Source of the DNA: Octopus bimaculoides
Taxonomy: Eukaryota
Assembly (NCBI RefSeq): GCF_001194135.2
Contig: NC_068984.1
Coordinates: 21,722,795-21,772,030 of the forward strand
Direction of reading: 5' to 3'
DNA length: 49,236 nucleotides
This document shows, piece after piece, positions 1 to 12,026 of the stretch (its first letter is position 1; the number at the start of each line of letters is the position of its first letter). A model generated the notes under the pieces. It was not told the origin of the DNA. It ran no database searches and was given only the letters and a program-made list of their open reading frames with translations. Position numbers and translations under genes: made by a program.

Positions 1-35
<35 letters not shown>

Positions 36-250
36 GTATATGCTTGTGTCTGTGTTTCACCCCCCCCAACATCGCTTGACAACTGATGCTGGTGTGTTTA
101 CGTCCCTGTAACTTAGCGGTTCGGCAAAAGAGCCGATAGAATAAGTGCTAGGCTTACAAAGAATAAGTCGTGTGGTCGATTTGCACGACTAAAGGCGGTG
201 CTCCAGCATGGCCACAGTAAAATGACTGAAACAACTAAAAGAGTAAAAGA
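1..250 (+). mobile_element. SINE family A, 3' half (internal TA/TG tract plus tail)
   Basis: Close match to 30590-30829 (gcttgacaactgatgctggtgtgttta...gactgaaaca...aaaagagtaaaa). Confidence 0.85.
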
Positions 251-602
251 GAGAGAATATATATATGACTAAAATGGTTTTGTACAAAATAGTATATTAG
301 TAAACAAATAAGGTTAGTTAAAAGAGATGTAAGAACTGTTCCTTAGTTTATTTTTGTACAGGTACAGAATGTCTTCAAAATTTTCAAGGAAATGAAATGG
401 AATGAAATAAAATATAAAATATCATTGTCGTAATGAATCTCAAGAGATACAAGAAAACGTATGCAATATGTAATAACGAAAATACAATTCTTTTTTTTAT
501 TTCATTCATTTCGTTTCTTCGTAAAGATTGAACACTTTCTGTGTCTGTATATAAACAAAGGAACGCTTCATTTATTTATTCTGACTACTTTTATTAATAC
601 CA

Positions 603-655
<53 letters not shown>

Positions 656-1214
656 CGTGTGTGTGTTGTGATTTTGAAAGTGGTCAGATATAAAATTCAC
701 CGTGTGGTAGATATCTAGATTATGTGCTCAATGTGAAGTGATATGTTACAAACAACAGAACCGATTACTATATTTCCTGTGATAAAATAAAAGTGGATCC
801 GACCAGGTGCGCTTCCACAGTTAAGACAACTTAATCTATAAGAAAATGTTTATTTTAACTAAGGTCAGCCCCAACTGAGCACGCTAATGATCCCATCACC
901 ACCATCTCTTTTTACATTAGACACAGTGTATCTGGTACTATATTATCTTATATGCCATTCTCGTTTAAAAATGTTATGGTTTCATTTCAAGCAAAATCGT
1001 TTACTGCGTAGAGGTTCCGATGCGATTTTCGATTTCGGATGAAGCTTTTGATTTGACGACAGAAGAATCAGTTGGGAATCGATAGAATAAGTACCAGTTG
1101 AAGACCGGGGTTGACGTAATCGACTTACCCGCTTTCATCGAAATTGCTGACCTTGTGCCAAAATATGAAATCAATATATTTAACACATCAATGCACGTGG
1201 TCCAGTAAATACGG

Positions 1215-1450
1215 CTTTGCGCTTGTGATCGCAATATCGTGGTTTCAATTTCCGGATCGTGGTTTCAATTTCCGGATCGTGGTTTCAATTTCCAGATCGT
1301 GCTGTGCATTGCGTTCTTGAGAAAAACATTTCATTTCACGTTGTTCCAGTTCACTCAGCAGTAAATTGGTAACCCTGCGATGGACTGGCGTCCTTTCAGG
1401 GGAAAGTGTTGCGCTCTGGGTCACTTATACACCCAAGGAACCAGGTAGCC
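1215..1450 (+). mobile_element. SINE family C (tRNA head plus CORE-like domain) with triplicated B-box segment
   Basis: Shares ttcttgag..aaaca..tcatttcacgttg..ccagt.cactcag with 13725, 20781, 40640 and 44285 copies; ccctgcgatggactggcgtcc tail; 20-bp unit atcgtggtttcaatttccgg x3.3 at 1236-1301. Confidence 0.75.
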
Positions 1451-2452
1451 AGCCATATAAATACTAGGACTCGAGACAGTAATGTACAAGGGCTGCTGCT
1501 GCTGCTGCTGATAATGATGATGACGATGGTGATGATGATGAATATATTTAAACCGCACCCTCATACGTTATGTTTGTATAATAAAAGAGAGAAATCCAGT
1601 TCCAAGATGGTTACAACATTAACCAGACCAGCAAGACCGTTTGAAGTCAAAAGCAGAATCCTTCATCTCAGATGCATTAAAAACATAAATAACAAACGTA
1701 GCTCCCCCGCTACCGAATAACAACAACAAAAGCCAAACAAACATACAAATACAATAAAAAAGGAAGGGGGAAGAATACGAAAAGTAAACATACGTACACA
1801 AATATCTAAGGCATCTAGTGTTTTTTAAAAGTGGAGGATGTTGGAATAATACAAGATATTTCAAATCTCTTTTGAGACGGAGCAGCGTTACACCATCTAT
1901 CTTTTTCATACTGCGGCATGACATGTCACGAACACGTTATTTCCTTCACTAAAGTATATCGTTATTTGGTTTGCTATTTTTAATATCATAACCCACTCCT
2001 ACACACATGCTCAGATACATACACCTAGAATGTTTATTTCTATTTTGTGGAGCAAAAGTCATAAAAGTGCTCAATGCAACTTTAAGTTGGAAACGTGGCA
2101 AATGTTATACATGTTAATTTATGTAGGATAAGTATGGATTGCAAACCCGAGCGTATCATATCCGCGATTATGTTCGACGACGCCTTCGTGTAACCGTATA
2201 GTCAGCAGGTTAGACAAACAAAGAATAGAACCACTCTTGATGGTGTAGATCTTCACTTGTCCTCTGTCATTCATCAAGGAGACGAGGTTAAATTTGAAAC
2301 TGCAGAGAATTTGATCACGTGTCAGCAAGTCAAAGTTACTATATAACTTAGAATTTGAGTTATTTGTGGTCTGTTTATCCATCTAGCTATCTTTCCAATC
2401 TCTCTCTCTTTCACACACACACGCACACGCACACACACACACATACACATAC

Positions 2453-2492
<40 letters not shown>

Positions 2493-2519
2493 TATCTACA
2501 TGCAGATACACACAGCCAT

Positions 2520-3235
2520 TTATATATACTACTTAATGTTAATACATTGCGTAAAGGAAATTCACCGCTGTTTTCGCCTAGAGTAATTTCTCTTATGGAG
2601 ACGTGCTGTGTTTAAAAAAAAATATGTATCACAGGCAGTAAAAGAGTCATCATGGCGGTGGCTAGTAAGAACGGAAATTACATTTCTGCCTGCCTGGGAG
2701 TTATCAGTAGTACGTACGCACAGCCACCCGCACGCCAAGATGAAATTTATCACCACCGATATAGGCAAACAATGAACGAGCATTGAATGGTGTCGTAAAT
2801 AAGCGCTTGGCTGCATAAAAGTCCGTTGTATGTCACAAAGGCAGTAATAGATTAAACTAGGTATCTGTGTATCATATTTAATGTAAATATTTCGTGAAAT
2901 GAATTTTGGAGAAATGCTATTTTGATTTAATAACTGCTTCCGTTGCATACAACGGATTTTTATTCAGCTGAGCAGCTATTCGTAGCACCAATGATAATTC
3001 ATTGTTTTGCTATATCGGTGGCGGTAAATTTCATCTGGTTGTACAGTTGGCTTTGAGTACATTCTACTGCCAACAACCAAATAGGCAGAAATGCATCTAG
3101 CATTCTCATCAATAGCTACTAGGACGATTTTCGTCTGCTCCCAATATATATCATGTTTTTAACACAGCACTTCCATTAGCGAATACCGCAGTAAATTAAC
3201 TTTTTTCAAAGCTTTTACATCAAGTATGATATACG
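2520..3235. repeat. Long degenerate inverted repeat (palindrome), arms about 340 bp, centre about 2888
   Basis: Symmetric anchors: 2603-2612/3161-3170 (10/10), 2681-2690/3084-3093 (10/10), 2738-2764/3010-3036 (25/27), 2810-2832/2946-2968 (21/23); coordinate sums constant at about 5774-5778. Confidence 0.85.
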
Positions 3236-3558
3236 GATGTCTATTTTAATCTGATATTGCTAAGTTGTATTTAACGGATATGTATGTATGTATGTACATA
3301 CATACATATATATATGACTGATTTCTTTGTTTTTCATTTAGTTTCTATTTCCATAGCACTTGAAGCCTAAGTACTGATTTGATGAGAAGATATCTCTCTT
3401 CTCTTACGTTTACTTTAGTCTCAGCCATTTCACTGCAACATGCCCCCTTCTTTGTATTGTTTTCCGTCTTCCTTTTGTAATTTATCGTTTTCAGTTATGA
3501 ATCTACTTCATTCTGCTCTCAATCGATAAAACGATGAGAATAGCAGAGAGAAGAAAAA

Positions 3559-3599
<41 letters not shown>

Positions 3600-4816
3600 C
3601 ACATACGCGCGCGCGTGTGTGTATATGTGTGTGTGTATATATGTGTATATATGTAAATATATAGAAATAGATAGATAACTGAAAAATGAATATAAACAAT
3701 GATATCACTGGCAATAATGAAACGAAATGTATTTCTACTCATCTATAAAACAACAAAATAACGAAAACGATAATGCCAGTAACACAACAACGAAAAATTG
3801 CAAGATTATTGTACTAGAAATAGTACAACTGAATGTGTATTGCTCGCCATTGCAGCGTCGTGAAATTAAGTGATATGTGATGAATACTGCACAATTGATT
3901 TTGTAGTTAGGTAAAGTAAGACGGAAAGGCAGGATGGGAGGGGTGTGAGAAGAACCATAGTGTAGGGCAGGAAATGTGTGAAGAGTAGAAAGGCTTATCA
4001 AAGCAAAAACAATAAAAGTGTTGAATGATGTAGGGGTTAAGTGGAGTGAAATGTCAAATATTAACAGCAAGGTAATTTATTTAAACAAGGTCAGTTATTA
4101 AACCTTTGCTTACTCAAAGCATTTTCATAAGTTTGTCCAAAAGTTCCATGATTGCTTTCATATTTTCAGTTACCCGATGTTTCATACCTTCTGAGCAATA
4201 TAATGCTTTCCTTTCATAAATCCCAAGTTACTTTGCTGGTTGAAAGAGATTGGGAACATGTACCATATAAGATGAACGTCGGGCAAATATGTCCTGTGTA
4301 TCATATGTGATACACAAGTCAGGCAAAGGATTAATATAAAAGACACCTATAAAGACCTCTTAATTTAGAGAAAATAAATTATTTGGCCAATGACAAGTAA
4401 ATAAATTATATATAAATGTACAGTAATACACGGACACACATACAGATGTACTAGGAAAGAAAATGATTACATTTTCTGTAAATGTAATTGCACTTGCAAC
4501 TTGCAACTACGCGGCTTCTCTCATACTCACATCTTCCAGTTAAGCAGACATAGATTTAAAGCATTTCAGTTATGATGTAGCCTGTGACTTTTAGAAGATA
4601 TTCTGTTTGATGAGCGAATGTCAAATCTTGCTGCCATTTATTTTGTATTCACTTCTAGCAGAAGTTAAAGCGGTGCTAAATGGGGGAAAGCGTTCAGTGA
4701 AAACATAAATAGTGACAACGAATTTCTGTGAAATATTCCACCTCTGATATAAACCGCGCCTGTTATAGGACGTCTTGTGATTCGGCGTTATTTAGGCAGG
4801 TTATTTTATGTACCCT

Positions 4817-4864
<48 letters not shown>

Positions 4865-5729
4865 NNNNNNNNNNNNNNNNNNNNNNNNNNNNNNNNNNNN
4901 NNNNNNNNNNNNNNNNNNNNNNNNNNNNNNNNNNNNNNNNNNNNNNNNNNNNNNNNNNNNNNNNNNNNNNNNNNNNNNNNNNNNNNNNNNNNNNNNNNNN
5001 NNNNNNNNNNNNNNNNNNNNNNNNNNNNNNNNNNNNNNNNNNNNNNNNNNNNNNNNNNNNNNNNNNNNNNNNNNNNNNNNNNNNNNNNNNNNNNNNNNNN
5101 NNNNNNNNNNNNNNNNNNNNNNNNNNNNNNNNNNNNNNNNNNNNNNNNNNNNNNNNNNNNNNNNNNNNNNNNNNNNNNNNNNNNNNNNNNNNNNNNNNNN
5201 NNNNNNNNNNNNNNNNNNNNNNNNNNNNNNNNNNNNNNNNNNNNNNNNNNNNNNNNNNNNNNNNNNNNNNNNNNNNNNNNNNNNNNNNNNNNNNNNNNNN
5301 NNNNNNNNNNNNNNNNNNNNNNNNNNNNNNNNNNNNNNNNNNNNNNNNNNNNNNNNNNNNNNNNNNNNNNNNNNNNNNNNNNNNNNNNNNNNNNNNNNNN
5401 NNNNNNNNNNNNNNNNNNNNNNNNNNNNNNNNNNNNNNNNNNNNNNNNNNNNNNNNNNNNNNNNNNNNNNNNNNNNNNNNNNNNNNNNNNNNNNNNNNNN
5501 NNNNNNNNNNNNNNNNNNNNNNNNNNNNNNNNNNNNNNNNNNNNNNNNNNNNNNNNNNNNNNNNNNNNNNNNNNNNNNNNNNNNNNNNNNNNNNNNNNNN
5601 NNNNNNNNNNNNNNNNNNNNNNNNNNNNNNNNNNNNNNNNNNNNNNNNNNNNNNNNNNNNNNNNNNNNNNNNNNNNNNNNNNNNNNNNNNNNNNNNNNNN
5701 NNNNNNNNNNNNNNNNNNNNNNNNNNNNN
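4865..5729. other. Assembly gap (largest of 11)
   Basis: N run between (CA)n tracts. Others: 9432-9606, 14398-14489, 23860-24025, 26088-26314, 27103-27720, 28667-28779, 31129-31228, 33204-33337, 34192-34563, 41412-41443. Confidence 0.99.
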
Positions 5730-5768
<39 letters not shown>

Positions 5769-5777
5769 AGTATTTTT

Positions 5778-6030
5778 GTAGACATGGTTGCATGGTTAAG
5801 AAGCCCAGTTTACCGACCAGTGCCTTGTGATAGATGGAAACATGTGGTACCCAGTTGTGTATATTATATGTGTGTATGTGTTTGTGTTTGTACCCCTATA
5901 TTGCTGGTCAACAGTTGTTGGTTTGTTTACGTCCTCCCAACTTAGCAATTCGGCAAAAAGACCTATAGAATGAGAACTTGTGTCAGTCATTGGATAAAAT
6001 CGGCCACAAGTAAAGTGTGAACAATAAAAG
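5778..6030 (+). mobile_element. Old, degenerate SINE family A copy
   Basis: Head remnant (tggttaagaagc), TG tract, gtttacgtcc...cttagcaattcggcaaaaagac..atagaat, homologous to 30428-30829. Confidence 0.65.
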
Positions 6031-6276
6031 CTTTTAGTTAATGAGAAAATTAAAAAGTCAAGATTCTGAGTCTCTCACGTTCAAGGCAAAAATCCAAAAC
6101 CCAGTAATAAAAATGAAAGATAAAATAAAAAAAAGTTAGAGATAAAAGAGTGTAGGTTAAAAAGCCCAAGTAATTTTTGAGGTCAGCCATTTCCCTCACT
6201 TCTCGATATTTCTATTTATGCATGTCATTTCGATATTTAAAATGGAACCCTTATTATGATATCAAAACCATTAGAT

Positions 6277-7092
6277 CAGTGGTTCTCGACCATTTTCTTA
6301 CCTATGTTTTACTCAGGTGGACCCTTATAACCATTTCATGTTTAAAAACTCCTGTCAAATTTTTATAATTAAAGTAGAATACTCGTGACCCGTTGGGTCA
6401 CTGACGGTTCAGGTTATAAAATATTGAAGCTGATTTCAACTTTGCATTGAAATGAAAGTTAATTTTATTCAGTTAAACATTTCAATTCATTCGTGTCATC
6501 ACAGGTCTGGTTTACAAGTTCATGTTTAAGAATTTATTCATTATTTACAGCATCTAATAGAAATAAAACTTCCGGAATAAACTTGAACTCCAGTAACAGC
6601 ATTTATTTATGGCATATATACACACTTTTGCAAAAATGCGAAACTAATTGTTATATAATGTAAACATAAAATTGATAGAAACAATTTTCACCGTATTATA
6701 TATTCCCATTTCAGGGTTATGTTACTTTCGGAGTATTTTCCCATTATGCGCCGTTTTGGCTATTTTTGAAGGTACCCCGCAAAAACTGCGTATTTCGGGA
6801 ATCCGTCGTCCGGTTTACGTGAAACATCTTTTATTCCGTTGGTATTCACGTTTCAGAGGTATCTAACTTTCAGAGTATTTTTCTATTATGCGCCGGTTTT
6901 AAATTACAGACAAGCATGCAAGTAATCACAGAGTTTTAGTTGTATATAGACAGTATTAGGAATTGTATAAAAAAAATTGTTGAAATATTTTGTGTATTGT
7001 AGAGGTATAACCAATTTATTGTACATAAAATTTAGCAACAAAATCTTATATGGGTCCCCGAGGGCCATATCAACTCCTGTTGAGAACCACTG
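6277..7092. mobile_element. hAT-type non-autonomous DNA transposon (MITE), about 816 bp
   Basis: TIRs CAGTGGTTCTCGAC (6277) and GTTGAGAACCACTG (7079-7092); subterminal GGACCC/GGGTCC motifs. 8-bp flanks cattagat / cattgacc only partly match, so the TSD is decayed or absent. Confidence 0.7.
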
Positions 7093-7104
7093 CATTGACC
7101 ATAT

Positions 7105-7275
7105 CTAAGTTTAAAATCCGGTTCTTTACGTTCTCAGTTCAAATTCCACCATGGTCATCTCTGGTGTTCATCCTTTCGAGGGTCAATAAAATAAAGTACT
7201 AGACAGTATTGAATACATTGTATCGACTTGCCCCTCCTCTCAAAATTATTAGTTTTGTGCCGAAATCAGAAACAA
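7105..7275 (+). mobile_element. SINE family B copy (tRNA head, ttcatcctttcg.ggtcgataaaataagtac domain, tail)
   Basis: B-box gttcaaattcc followed by ttcatcctttcgagggtcaataaaataaagtac and tail cgacttgcccctcctctcaaaatt...ttgtgcc. Confidence 0.75.
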
Positions 7276-8570
7276 TATATAAGAGACATATATGTGAGGT
7301 TCTTAATTTATAGATTTTTATTTTCCTCTATTCGAGTTGATTACTTCTTGTCTGTTCCTCACATGGCTTTTATTGTGTCTTCTTCCATAATATCTATCCA
7401 TTCTTTTAATATTACAGGTTTCATGTTTTTTTTTACTCCTGTGGATTATTTTCTGTTTCTCATATTTTTCTCCAAGATTGTTTGTATCTACTTGTCTATG
7501 AAATCCTTTACTGCTATGATTTTGTTATTTAATTTCCTGCAAAGACTCTCTGTATCTTCTCGGAATTAACTGTGTTGTTTGATTCTTTTCTCAAACATAT
7601 TCTTTAAGATTTAGTGTTCACCTTTTGGAATTAATCTTTCTTTAGTTTCTTTCTGTTCTTGTTCAGCTATAATTCCAAGTGATCTCTACAGCATTGCTTT
7701 CTTCCTGGTTGATAATTTGGTATTTTTGTTCTGCACCTCACACTTCTTCTTCTTCTTCTTCTCTTTCAGTTGATTTCCCGCTGGAAGTTTTATTCCATAA
7801 CTTGCGTTTTCTTGTTTTCTCAGAGATTTCGACACAACCATCTTTTGTTAACTGCGCATGCTGTGGCGTACATTATTTGGTTTATACCGGTTACATCTAT
7901 ATCATTGATTTGCCGTCTAGTTATTTCTAATTCCTGATTAGCTGATTTGATAAGGTTTCCACTTTTCATGTTATATAATACCTTGCTAGGTTATGGTCTG
8001 TTTTCGATTTGTATGAATATTATATCTTCAAATGTTTATTTAATTTCCTCTATCGTCTTTCTAGGTGATTGCATTCATTTACTTGTGTTGGCACTAGACT
8101 ATTTTTCTTATTCTTATTTGGCAATGCTACGCTTAATGTTGTTTATTTTTTGTTTTCTGTTATGCTGTGTTGTAGTGCACATTGTTGTAGTGCACATTGT
8201 TGTAGTGCACATTGTTGTAGTGCACATTGTTTTGCAGTGAGATTGTGTTGTATCGTGATCTGTGTCTTTGTTGTCTATGACTTCATTGTGGATTCTTTCG
8301 CATTATTTTCCTTTATTAATATTTTGTGATATTTTCCTGTTCTCTACTAAGATTATTCTTTATGTTTTACAACTTTAAGCTACATATTTGTGGACATGCA
8401 AAGGGGTTGCTTTTTAAACCATTTTTTTCCCGTCTTTTAACCAATAAGTCGATTCTGTAATGTTGCCAGAAGAATTTTATTCGGCAACAAACAAAGCCTT
8501 ATAACCTCGTAGTACTCGGTTTTGGTCTAATTCTGCCTCGTACATGTTATTTCATAGCTGAATTTATTGA
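7275..8570 (-). pseudogene. Decayed ORF of an R4/Dong-like (RLE-clade) non-LTR retrotransposon, N-terminal to pre-RT region
   Basis: A-rich minus strand. Manual translation: RQN*TKTEYYEVIR (about 8540), EITRRQINDIDVTGINQIMYATACAV (about 7925-7850), then one frame 7679-7280 with EKRIKQHS*FREDTESLCRKL, KEWIDIMEEDTIKAM*GTDKK*STRIEENKNL*IKNLT. These recall the R4-clade pre-RT pattern (IN.L.YA.A, EKRIKQY.QN..FRED, W.DI..EE...A.K...W.SPG.D.I.N.W.K.LT). Assignment is from memory of the family. Confidence 0.65.
8168..8231. repeat. 15-bp tandem repeat (tgttgtagtgcacat) x4.3 inside the retrotransposon relic
   Basis: Four exact copies read directly. Confidence 0.95.
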
Positions 8571-8738
8571 GTAAATTCCTATCATACCGTGACCCTCTGT
8601 CTGGTTAAGTCGTATTGCAGAGTTGATTCCGCGTATATATTTGATTTCACAGAATTTGGGAACTACGTTGTCGTCGACGCAGAAAATTTGCATAAAAAAT
8701 AAATATGTTAAGGTGTTCAAATGCTTTTAGTTTAATTA

Positions 8739-8798
<60 letters not shown>

Positions 8799-9149
8799 CC
8801 CCTTTCTCTCTCTCAGAGATGAGAAAGATAGTGTGATAGCAATAAGTAAATGCTTAGAACATAAACAATAAAACTATACCTTTAACTAGTGATGTTAATA
8901 TCTGTCACAATCTTTCAAAAATTCATTTTGATTAAATAAAAGTTGTGAAAGTATTTAGCTTTTCTCAGTAGCAATTCATTTTCGTTTTTTTTTTACACTG
9001 TTCGTTTATATCTCATTCATGTAACTTGGTTAAATGGGAAGGTTATTTTTGTTTCATTTATTGTTACGAATTCTTTTTCCTTTTTCATAATGTCTAAACA
9101 GTTTTCTGTATCATCGTTCATTTTAATACTTTTGTAAATTTTTAATGGT

Positions 9150-9310
9150 TTCAGTTAGTAAACTACAACTATACCGGAGCGCTACTTCCAAGAGTTTCGT
9201 CGAAATTTATCAACTTCAGTACGTCTTTCAGTCTGCTACTAATTTTGTCGAATATTATTTGCCGAACCGTTACGTTCCAAGAAATATATTATGAGAAATA
9301 ACGGGGCACT
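9150..9310 (-). mobile_element. Degenerate SINE family A 3' part
   Basis: Resembles reverse complement of the A tail (ggagc.c..c.t...agt..cgtcgaaat...tatttgccgaaccg). Confidence 0.55.
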
Positions 9311-9371
9311 AACATAATGTATACTGGTTTACTAAGAGCAAACATAAACACAGATAAGAACATATATATAC

Positions 9372-9431
<60 letters not shown>

Positions 9432-9729
9432 NNNNNNNNNNNNNNNNNNNNNNNNNNNNNNNNNNNNNNNNNNNNNNNNNNNNNNNNNNNNNNNNNNNNN
9501 NNNNNNNNNNNNNNNNNNNNNNNNNNNNNNNNNNNNNNNNNNNNNNNNNNNNNNNNNNNNNNNNNNNNNNNNNNNNNNNNNNNNNNNNNNNNNNNNNNNN
9601 NNNNNNTATATATATATATATAGTTTACATTCCTGTGACTGAATATACTAGGGTTAATTACAGAATTCAATGCAGGTCACACAAATAATGGTCTCACATT
9701 TCGACACAGTCCAGTAATTTGGAAAAGAC

Positions 9730-10135
9730 GGTATTAGTCGATACCATTGTACTTAACTAGTACTTTGTTTTATCAGCTCTGGATAGATGAAAGACAAAGT
9801 TGACCACGGCGGAATTTGAACTTAGAACGTAAAGAGCTGGAAGAAACATTGTATAGCATATTTTTTCCGTCGATCCTACGATATCCACAGTTCGCTGCCT
9901 TGCAATCTATACAAAATAATGATTTAAAATTTTGGTGAAAGACCAACAATTTCAGGGAAGTGTGTGAGTCGATTACATCGACCCCAGTGTTCAACTGGTA
10001 CTTTTTTTATCGAACCCGAAAGGATGAAAGGCAAAGTCGACATCAGCGGAATTTGAACTCCGAGCTTAAAGACGGATAAAATGCCGCTAAGCATTATGCC
10101 CGGCGTGCTAACGATTCTGCCAGCTCACAGCCTGA
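9730..10135 (-). mobile_element. Two adjacent SINE family B copies; the second is flanked by a 15-16 bp direct repeat
   Basis: ga(t)gaaag.caaagt.gac...gcggaatttgaact in both; ctatacaaaataatga at 9907-9922 and ctatacaaataatga at 10138-10152. Confidence 0.8.
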
Positions 10136-10425
10136 AGCTATACAAATAATGAAGTCGATTACAAACTAGCATCAGGATTAATTTTTATTCCTCGTAAAGA
10201 AAACTATGCGTAGCAGTTTCATAGGATTTTTTTGACGATTAGGAAGAATCATACGAAATACTAGTTTTTCCTCAAGGAATGTAGAATTAACCCATATATA
10301 CGTACACACATAACAGCTATACACCCAAACATGAACACTAACACATCAATGCACACAAGAACACTCGTATAGGCACATTTACAGTTGTATATACTTTAAA
10401 ATAATACATATTTATTATTACACAC

Positions 10426-10510
<85 letters not shown>

Positions 10511-10618
10511 TGCATAAACATATACCTGCCTATGTACCTATATATCTATTTATCTAATGCATCATACATACATACATATGGTAATACATACTCTTATATA
10601 TATATATGGTAATGCATA

Positions 10619-10659
<41 letters not shown>

Positions 10660-12026
10660 TAAGGCATACTCTTAGATTTCTTCGGTTAAGTTCATATATG
10701 CACTTAGAAAAATATTCAACGCAAGAATATACAGATACATGCATGTACGGGCGGGTGCATACATATATACATGTGCATTTTATACATACACTTACACATG
10801 CATCATACATACATAATAAACTTATATACACACATACATTCATCATACAAAAACTCATAGCTAAAAGTAGCTTAGAAATAATGTTCTGAATGGAAATATT
10901 ATACCTAAGAAACACTCCCTTAACAGTAGCAGCAAAAAGAAAACAAACCACGAATATAGTAAAACAAAAAACCTGATATATATATAATTTGCCTGATATG
11001 TCAAGAATTCATTTAAACTTTTATAGTGCTTGATATGAAGGGTGGTGGAAAAACGTCAAATCTGATCTACCTTCCCCCACTATATGAAACATCTAAAAAG
11101 ACACCAGAACATAACAATGAAACAACTAAATATATACATGTGAAGAAAAAAAAATGTAAATATGTCAGCTGCCTGTTATTGTATTACTTGCTAGGAAGGT
11201 TATCAGAGAAACAGAGTTTCGTGTAGAGATACATCAAATTTAAGGGAGTTAATAGACAACATTTGCGAGTTTTAGTAATAATGAAAAAGACATCAAGAAC
11301 TTGACAAGATGAGCTGAGCTGAGCCCGTTATTTGGTTTCTCTTCTCGTTTAAGAATGTTGACCTTTTACTCTATTTGAATGATGGATTATATTATTAGAG
11401 GCTTTTTACATTTATACTCCTTTAATTGTAGCAACCATTCGATTGCTGCCTTAACGGAGCACAACCTTTAAGTGTCTTAATGATAGTACAGTGATAATAC
11501 ATAACGACTGGGTCACTGACACAATTTCTTAGTTTATTGAGACGATGCTTAGAATATTAAAAGGTCAAAATATGATCAAATACGTTATAAAAAGAAAAAA
11601 AAACAAAATTTCTGACCTTGGTTCATAACCCCGAATTTTAGATTAAAGACGGATCAATTAAATCGATCCCACTACTTCGAATTCATACTTATCTTATCGA
11701 TTGCTAGAAGAATAATGGTTAAAAGCAAAAGGAAAGTTGGTAGCCAGCGGAAACTGATTTCAGAACACAAGATGAATTGTCTAAATATCACAGGACACTC
11801 TACCTATTCTGCCAATGATCTTAAGAATATTAGTTGATGGCTAATTAATATTTCACTCGGATATATATATATATGGGAGATAATTTCAGGTATGTTTCAT
11901 TCTCTTTTCAAAACTTTTCAGCGGGAGTTCAGTGTCATTAGAACTTACGGAAACATTAGCGACCAATGTATCGCTAAAGCACACATAAATATACTGGAAT
12001 ACTGGTTTAAAAGTTTCATAAATTCG

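Noticed and set aside
2128-2195. Plus-strand peptide ISMDCKPERIISAIMFDDAFV with a chitin-synthase-like FDDAF motif
   Set aside because: Stop codon follows at once, all three frames close before the nearest good donor, and no other chitin synthase motifs were noticed.
2652-2786. Short ORF MAVASKNGNYISACLGV...
   Set aside because: Lies in one arm of the long palindrome; no recognisable homology.
4763-5793. Long ORFs of 318-340 aa (similarly near 27021-27803 and 33796-34848)
   Set aside because: They run through N-gaps and CA/TG/TA repeats; artefacts.
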